Positions 9,900-17,011 of a DNA stretch of 17,011 nt are shown one piece after another. Each line of letters opens with the position of its first letter. Within the stretch, counting starts at the first letter, position 1. Both the position numbers and the translations under genes were made by a program. Below the pieces are notes generated by a model. The model was not told the origin of the DNA. It saw nothing but the letters and a program-made list of their open reading frames with translations, and did no database searches. This DNA is from Ginkgo biloba (Eukaryota > Plantae > Ginkgophyta): NCBI GenBank assembly GCA_024626585.2, contig JANKJI020000004.1:54837257-54854267 (forward strand). The letters run 5' to 3'.

Positions 9900-12800
9900 C
9901 TGCAATACATCATTAGAGATATCTCAGATTAAATGTTTCAAACACCTTAACCATTTAATTTTTGGAAACATTGAGCAAGCAAAAAGGAAAACATTCAAAG
10001 CAAAAATGTTTTATCGCATATTTCTAGCACTTCATCCATCACGCTATGGAATAATTTGGATTGTGAAAGAGAATGCATGCCATACAATTGTAGAGTTGAT
10101 ACTCAGAAAGAACCAATTCGGCACAGATAACCCAATGTAACAGAGGCAACTGATATGCAATATGTTTAATCTGAATGTTGGAAATTAATGTTATTAGGTT
10201 CACAATATTAANNNNNNNNNNNNNNNNNNNNNNNNNNNNNNNNNNNNNNNNNNNNNNNNNNNNNNNNNNNNNNNNNNNNNNNNNNNNNNNNNNNNNNNNN
10301 NNNNNNNNNNNNNNNNNNNNNNNNNNNNNNNNNNNNNNNNNNNNNNNNNNNNNNNNNNNNNNNNNNNNNNNNNNNNNNNNNNNNNNNNNNNNNNNNNNNN
10401 NNNNNNNNNNNNNNNNNNNNNNNNNNNNNNNNNNNNNNNNNNNNNNNNNNNNNNNNNNNNNNNNNNNNNNNNNNNNNNNNNNNNNNNNNNNNNNNNNNNN
10501 NNNNNNNNNNNNNNNNNNNNNNNNNNNNNNNNNNNNNNNNNNNNNNNNNNNNNNNNNNNNNNNNNNNNNNNNNNNNNNNNNNNNNNNNNNNNNNNNNNNN
10601 NNNNNNNNNNNNNNNNNNNNNNNNNNNNNNNNNNNNNNNNNNNNNNNNNNNNNNNNNNNNNNNNNNNNNNNNNNNNNNNNNNNNNNNNNNNNNNNNNNNN
10701 NNNNNNNNNNNNNNNNNNNNNNNNNNNNNNNNNNNNNNNNNNNNNNNNNNNNNNNNNNNNNNNNNNNNNNNNNNNNNNNNNNNNNNNNNNNNNNNNNNNN
10801 NNNNNNNNNNNNNNNNNNNNNNNNNNNNNNNNNNNNNNNNNNNNNNNNNNNNNNNNNNNNNNNNNNNNNNNNNNNNNNNNNNNNNNNNNNNNNNNNNNNN
10901 NNNNNNNNNNNNNNNNNNNNNNNNNNNNNNNNNNNNNNNNNNNNNNNNNNNNNNNNNNNNNNNNNNNNNNNNNNNNNNNNNNNNNNNNNNNNNNNNNNNN
11001 NNNNNNNNNNNNNNNNNNNNNNNNNNNNNNNNNNNNNNNNNNNNNNNNNNNNNNNNNNNNNNNNNNNNNNNNNNNNNNNNNNNNNNNNNNNNNNNNNNNN
11101 NNNNNNNNNNNNNNNNNNNNNNNNNNNNNNNNNNNNNNNNNNNNNNNNNNNNNNNNATGGTCAAAGGGACTGAAACATACATCATGTAATATAGGCAAAG
11201 GGAGTGCTCACGACTACTCTAATACCTAAACTAAGATATCAAATGTACAAAATATAAAGGATACAAGATACAAGTTACAATAGTGGCGACCCTAAAATGT
11301 GTGGAGACATGGTGTAGAACAATAAGGGGTACATAGAGAAAGAGAGATTTTAATGTCATAAAAACAATTTCAAGGCACATCCAACTTATTATTAACAGAT
11401 TGCGGAGACAATAACTTGTAAGTTGCACACACACACCCAGAGAGTAAAAGCATGTCTATTAGTACGCAAAAAACAATCTGAGTAGTAAAGACTCGATGCT
11501 TTCACCAGCATGATCAAAGTCCAAATATAATGCATCAAATTTAACATGACCATATTAGCACAAAGCTAGACGACTTTTATCATTCTCAAAACATTACACA
11601 TGCAAAAATCCATTACCATGAAAACCACTATAAAAGCTTGGTCTATCCCCTCGTGCACATTCATTTCAATTCTATCCCTTCCAATAAGCTTTGTCTAGCG
11701 CTTGGCCTGCACCCAAAAACAAACAAAAAGGAGGTTCAGCCTCCTGCAAAGGCAACTGATTTAGCTGAGAGTAGTTCTTCCTTTTTCCACATTGTGAGAA
11801 GATTAGTTACATTGTAGTCAAGCCACAAGCTCTGTTTCTGCAAGAATTGAAGACCATTGAGTTCAAGTTTACGTTAGTACATAAATAGTCTAGCCTATTA
11901 GTTACATTATAGTGATTAAGCATCCAGAGGGAAGTTGGGGAACCTGACTCAGTGCAAGAGAATAGCTGTGAGCAGTAAAAATTTCTAGTCGGAATGATCC
12001 CAATAACATAGACGCTTGGGCTGATTCACAAAGGAGGACCAAGTAGTGAGGACTAATTTATGTGCTCCTTTTCGAATACATGAAAAGGCATTACTCAAAA
12101 TTCATAACGTTCTCGAGATGTTTTTGTTGTATCCTCTGCTCAAACTCTGATATAGTGATATTTGAAACACAGGTATAATTTTGCAAAGTAGTAAACTCCA
12201 ACAATTTCATAGAGAAGATTGTCAATTCTCAAAGATATCTACATTTTATGGTTGCATTGTTTAATAGAGAATAATCAAAACACATTTCTGCACTAAAATG
12301 ATTGGAGTAGTGAAGGCACTTTTGCTTCGCATACTGGCTCCTAGTTCTAAGAGAAATCTAACAATTCATTTCATTTCTGTTTATGGTTGTGAGGATGTCA
12401 ATGTGGTCTACAAAATTGCTGTTGCCCCCCACCTGTGATTCATCCTTCAGTCAGGTGGTAGCACTGTCCATATATCTCTCAATACTTCATATTTGTTAAA
12501 GATTTCTTGCATTTAATGAAAAGAATTGCATTATGCACTTCATATGTCTTTTCTGTATGAGTTTGCTCATTTGCTGAAACATAACATTTGTGTTCAGGTG
12601 ATGTATATCATTTTGAGATGATGCCTTGTCACCCACTGAGAATCTCATGAAGATTTCTAATAGATTTGTCCCATAGTTTCTAAAACGCAAGCCACAAGGT
12701 GAGCAAAGGACTTAACAATCATAGATTTGCATTATTACTTGGGCGGTGGTCGAACCAACATGCATAAAGCACCATAAGCAAAGTCAAGATAGCCAAGAAT

Positions 12801-12919
12801 CCATCCATTCACAATGTTNNNNNNNNNNNNNNNNNNNNNNNNNNNNNNNNNNNNNNNNNNNNNNNNNNNNNNNNNNNNNNNNNNNNNNNNNNNNNNNNNN
12901 NNNNNNNNNNNNNNNNNNT

Positions 12920-13170
12920 TTGATACAAACGTTTGAATGAATGAGGCATATTTGAATATGTCTCAAATAGTTCCCTACGTACAACCTCCTCCAAATTGTC
13001 CTAACTTCATGGATTATAGGAAGTGCTCATTATTCAAACTTATATAACATTAAAAATAATTAAGTCCTAACCCTAATAGCTAGGCTAACCTACATGTGAG
13101 CACTACACAACTTAGCCATAATATAAAACTAAGTTATGTATTCTAATAAAATACACATTAATATCTAACA
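12920..13170 (-). mobile_element. Possible short LTR remnant
   Basis: Begins TGTTAGATATT on the minus strand at 13170 and contains ATTAGGGTTAGG and TATATAAG. The other end is undefined (gap nearby). Confidence 0.3.
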
Positions 13171-14103
13171 ACACCTTTGAGACTTTGGCCAGAACTAGAA
13201 TTGTGATACTCCATGATACATATGTGGCCTCCAACATCTTATGCATATAGATATCCTTAGGGGTGAGTCGACCACATACCATGTGATACGATTCTCTGTG
13301 GGGGATCCCCTAGTTGGCAACTCAATATTGAATTTAGGACCCTTGCTACTATTTCGCTTCTTTGTGCTGGACCCAACAACGTGGTCACCCCCTTTTATCC
13401 CTTTTGGCTTGTATTTCTCTCCAACCATAATATTAAATTCTAAATTGCATAAAGAAAAAGATAAAAAGTTTACTAAAAATTGGTCAACTTTGGAAGTTTA
13501 CGCAATCAATTGAAAGTGGATGCCACCAACTAGAACAATCTTCCGAAACACTCTGATGTCTTACAATCCTCCAAAATCTCCTTCGAAATTATCATTAGCT
13601 TCCTCACTTGCCACGTTACTTTGTGGTGAGAATGAGAGGATTCTCCATGTTTTGAAGGGGAAAAACAAAGTTATTAACTTTCCAACTTCGCCCCAAAGTG
13701 CAAGGTCATCACCTCGTTTCTTGAAACAACCAACGCCACCACTTTTCTTTGTCATGCATGTGCCACTTTGCATGTGTAAGTAATGAAGTCGCCTTTGATA
13801 AAATAGGGGATGCCATCATCATCATTATTCATCATGCATGTCTCCACAACACCGTACAGCCATAGAAGTTCTCTGAGGTGGGTTGTTCACCCCAAACCGA
13901 ATATCAAGTTCTAGTTATTCAGGCGCTCAAACTGGATGTCCATGGTCTGCCTTCTGGTTGCTCGAGGTCAAACATCTGAGGCAAGCCATCTAATCCATCC
14001 AGGGGTGTAAGATAAGATGTCTGAGATAGGTCGTTCAACTACCCTAGCCAAATTCATCTAAGTCTTTCACTAGTTGAGTGATAATTTGTCTCAAGACCTT
14101 GGT

Positions 14104-14910
14104 AATTCATAAGTCTTGGTACATAGTACAATCATATAGGGATAAAGTCTCTCACAACTAATCCAACATGACAATGCTTGACTCTCACTTCATAAATGCA
14201 AGTGTCATGTTCTTTCCTAGCAACAACTTTCTTTCTCCTATTTATACATTCTCCCTTCATAAATGCAAGTGTCAAGTTCTTTGAAAGTCAATTATCATAA
14301 CCCAAATTTTATAACCCTTCATTAATGCCCATGTTCCTTCATTTATGAACCCTAATTAATGCGACCTAGTTAAACATCAAATGTTTCTAGGGTTTCCTCA
14401 TTAATGTCGTTTAATTGTTCTTAATAATTGTTCATTAATGCCATTTAAGGGTTGATGTCATCCTCCTAAGTGTGTCCTTAATGCTGAGATCAGTCCTGAT
14501 TAATGCGCCATTAATTTTGTGCTATACTTATTGGAATTGTTAACATCATTCCTTCAATAAATGCACATAGGTTTGCTATCATGAATGTGTCTTATTATGC
14601 CACATACGGTTAATGCCATTCCTTAATTTTTGCACCTTATTTCTGACATCATCCATCTATGTTAATTGTAGTTGAGTTGCATTAAATGCAGCCTATATTC
14701 AATCATGAATCTAACTACTGAGGTCATCTTCCTTTGTTGCTATGCCAAAATTGGATACTTGCATCACAAATTAGCTAATAACACCATGATTGCATCATAA
14801 TTTGTTGTCTTACATCATAGTTGTTATCTTATGCCATAATTCTATTGGTTGTCCATGTTGTTGCCATGTCATCACCATGTTATTATCATGTCACCGTTAT
14901 TCTGCTAAAA
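14104..14910 (-). mobile_element. LTR copy 1 (diverged, 3'-truncated)
   Basis: Colinear similarity with 15283-16091 (e.g. ataaatgcaagtgtca, ttttataacccttcat, cttcatttatgaaccctaattaatgc, ccatgtcatcaccatgttatt, ttattctgctaa). Minus-strand TATAAATAGG at 14246-14237. Confidence 0.7.
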
Positions 14911-15149
14911 TCTCGCCAAGCACTATTGAGTGTCCTAACTCAAGCAAGATGAGCAAAATTTTTTGAAGGAGCTCAGGTATTGGGTGAGGATAAGCAGTGA
15001 TCAACCCTACCCCTTACCGATAAACAATTTCCTTTCTTTAGTAAGTCATTTCTTATCCATACTCTAGGAAGAATACCACATTGCCGCTAGCCAGATCGTC
15101 GTCCAGCTAACCCTTACCTTGTCGAGGATAGTAATCAGTAACTATTGGG

Positions 15150-16091
15150 TGTGGATCCCAACATCAGCAACAAATTAGTACATACATATGAGGATATAGA
15201 ATGTCTTAATTATAGAAAAGCATCATAAATTTATTGCATGAGCATCAAGACACAAAATATGGGGTACACATCCTCATTTATTATTCATACATTTTAGTAC
15301 ATAATACAATCATACAAGGATAAGTCTCTCACACATAATCCTAGATGATTGTGCTCAATTCTCAGATCCTAGGAATGACTTTCTCTCTCGTATTTAAACA
15401 ATCTCTTTTTTGATAAATGCAAGTGTCATGTCCTTTCAAGGTCAAATGTCCTAACCCCAATTTTATAACCCTTCATCAATGCTTATGTCTCTTCATTTAT
15501 GAACCCTAATTAATGCACCCTACTTATGCATTAAATTTGTCTAATGTTTCCTCACTAATGTGTCTTAATTGTCCTCATTAATTGTAATTTTGTTTGCTTC
15601 ATTTAATGTGCCATTTATTGGCTAGCATCATCCTCCTAANNNNNNNNNNNNNNNNNNNNNNNNNNNNNNNNNNNNNNNNNNNNNNNNNNNNNNNNNNNNN
15701 NNNNNNNNNNNNNNNNNNNNNNNNNNNNNNNNNNNNNNNNNNNNNNNNNNNNNNNNNNNNNNNNNNNNNNNNNNNNNNNNNNNNNNNNNNNNNNNNNNNN
15801 NNNNNNNNNNNNNNNNNNNNNNNNNNNNNNNNNNNNNNNNNNNNNNNNNNNNNNNNNATTCAATCAAAAATGCTACTGCTAATGTCATCTTCCTTTGTTG
15901 CCACATCATCATATGTCATAATTGACTACTTAGTCACAAATCTATTATTGACGTCATTATTGCTTCATAACTTGTTGTCTTATGTCATGATTGTGTCATA
16001 TTTGCTATCCTACATAATAATTGTGTTGGTTGTCCATGTTGTCACCATGTCATCACCATGTTATTGCCACATAACAATTATTCTGCTAACA
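15150..16091 (-). mobile_element. LTR copy 2 (~940 bp, contains an N gap)
   Basis: Minus-strand termini TGTTAG...TCCACA. TATA-like TTTAAATA near 15391-15398 and AATAAA near 15230-15235 are in the expected order. Homologous to copy 1. The left boundary is tentative and no TSD was found. Confidence 0.7.
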
Positions 16092-16194
16092 ATTATTCCA
16101 CGACTCCCCAAAATTGTTGAGGAAGGATCTCGTCAATTCTTCCCACATTTTTGGGTCGAATTGGCATTTACACTGACTAAATATGGGCCCCACA

Positions 16195-17011
16195 CATGAG
16201 ACTCTCAATTAGCAATGGAAATGGCAGACGCACCTTTTCATCAAGCATACATATTCTTGATTACACATGCGACACAAGAATACAACATAATGATTACAAA
16301 CTCGTATATTTATTTGCTCAGTCATGGGAACATAGTACATCAACGTCTCACAGTAAAGTTTTATGCCTCAAGTCCCCTCTCATACTAATTCCTCATTTTC
16401 TCTCTTTTTGTAAATGTATCTTTCTCTAAACTCCCAATGGGTACAACTCTTCTCGTCAAACTACACAACTTCCAATGTATCTCTTCATTAATGGCTTAAT
16501 AAATGCTTCATATGTTCTCATATATGCATACTTGACCCAAAATGCCACATCACTTATTTATGTCATTCTTTGGACTAGTGACATCATTGGCTAGGTTGTA
16601 CAATCACATATGAGGCCTGACATCACTCCTCTTGCTACCTATGTCATCAACAAATGTAGTTTAACCATAGTTAATGCCGTATAGCCTTATTATTTCTATT
16701 AAACCTCCTATAAATCACGTACAATCTATCATTAATGCAATGAAATTATTGCATTATTATCTTCGTGTCCTTTTTAATGTGCTTATGTCATTTGCTAATG
16801 TCACGATTGTACACCTATTCGTTGGATTTTAAGCAAAATCAAGCAAAAGACAAAACAAATTCGAACAGAAGCACCTCCGATTGAGCATGAAGGGATGTGC
16901 TCCGATTTTTTAATGTGGTTGCTAATTGGATTCCAATGCAAAATGCAGCAAGCTCTGGACGATTCTATGGATGGTAGATCAAAAACTAGTTGTTAGATTG
17001 TCTCCTCGATG
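16195..17011. repeat. Further LTR-retrotransposon-like non-coding sequence; possible new LTR start TGTTAG at 16991
   Basis: Same motif vocabulary (ttaatgc, tgacatca/tgtcat) as the adjacent LTRs and no coding signal. Compositional evidence only. Confidence 0.35.

Noticed and set aside
10175-11198. Long ORFs of 325-332 aa in the ORF track, and similar X-rich ORFs elsewhere
   Set aside because: Artefacts of reading through N gaps. The 10212-11156 gap may hide upstream XPO1 exons but cannot be read.
11700-12720. Possible decayed LINE (FISVYG-like peptide near 12370) or upstream XPO1 exons
   Set aside because: Only one weak motif, and no XPO1 peptide found in the minus-strand frames I examined.
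13195-14100. Short ORFs of 70-90 aa on both strands
   Set aside because: No recognisable homology; probably degenerate retroelement internal sequence that I cannot classify.
13060-15510. Isolated AACCCTAA telomere/telo-box-like motifs
   Set aside because: Single copies inside LTR-like repeats, not an array.

Overview
Eukaryotic, repeat-rich, gapped plant genomic DNA. The long TE-filled introns suggest a large-genome land plant such as a fern or gymnosperm (inference). The whole window appears to lie inside an exportin-1 (XPO1/CRM1) gene on the minus strand. Five exons with GT-AG boundaries are readable: 9899-9761, 8175-8113, 7924-7880, 7073-6975 and 5966-<5899 (runs into an N gap). Other expected exons are hidden in gaps or missing. 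The introns hold a decayed APE-endonuclease LINE (~566-1860), a probable solo LTR dense in CCGAC/DRE motifs (2219-3037), a possible L1 fragment (~5095-5470), a Gypsy protease fragment (~9162-9656), two diverged LTR copies in tandem (~14104-14910 and ~15150-16091) and a local duplication with ~500-bp period. I found no prokaryote-type or clearly new system. The best leads are a ~49-aa block of XPO1 coding sequence that is hard to place, a U12-like donor, a LINE that does not look like plant L1, and a possibly stress-responsive LTR.
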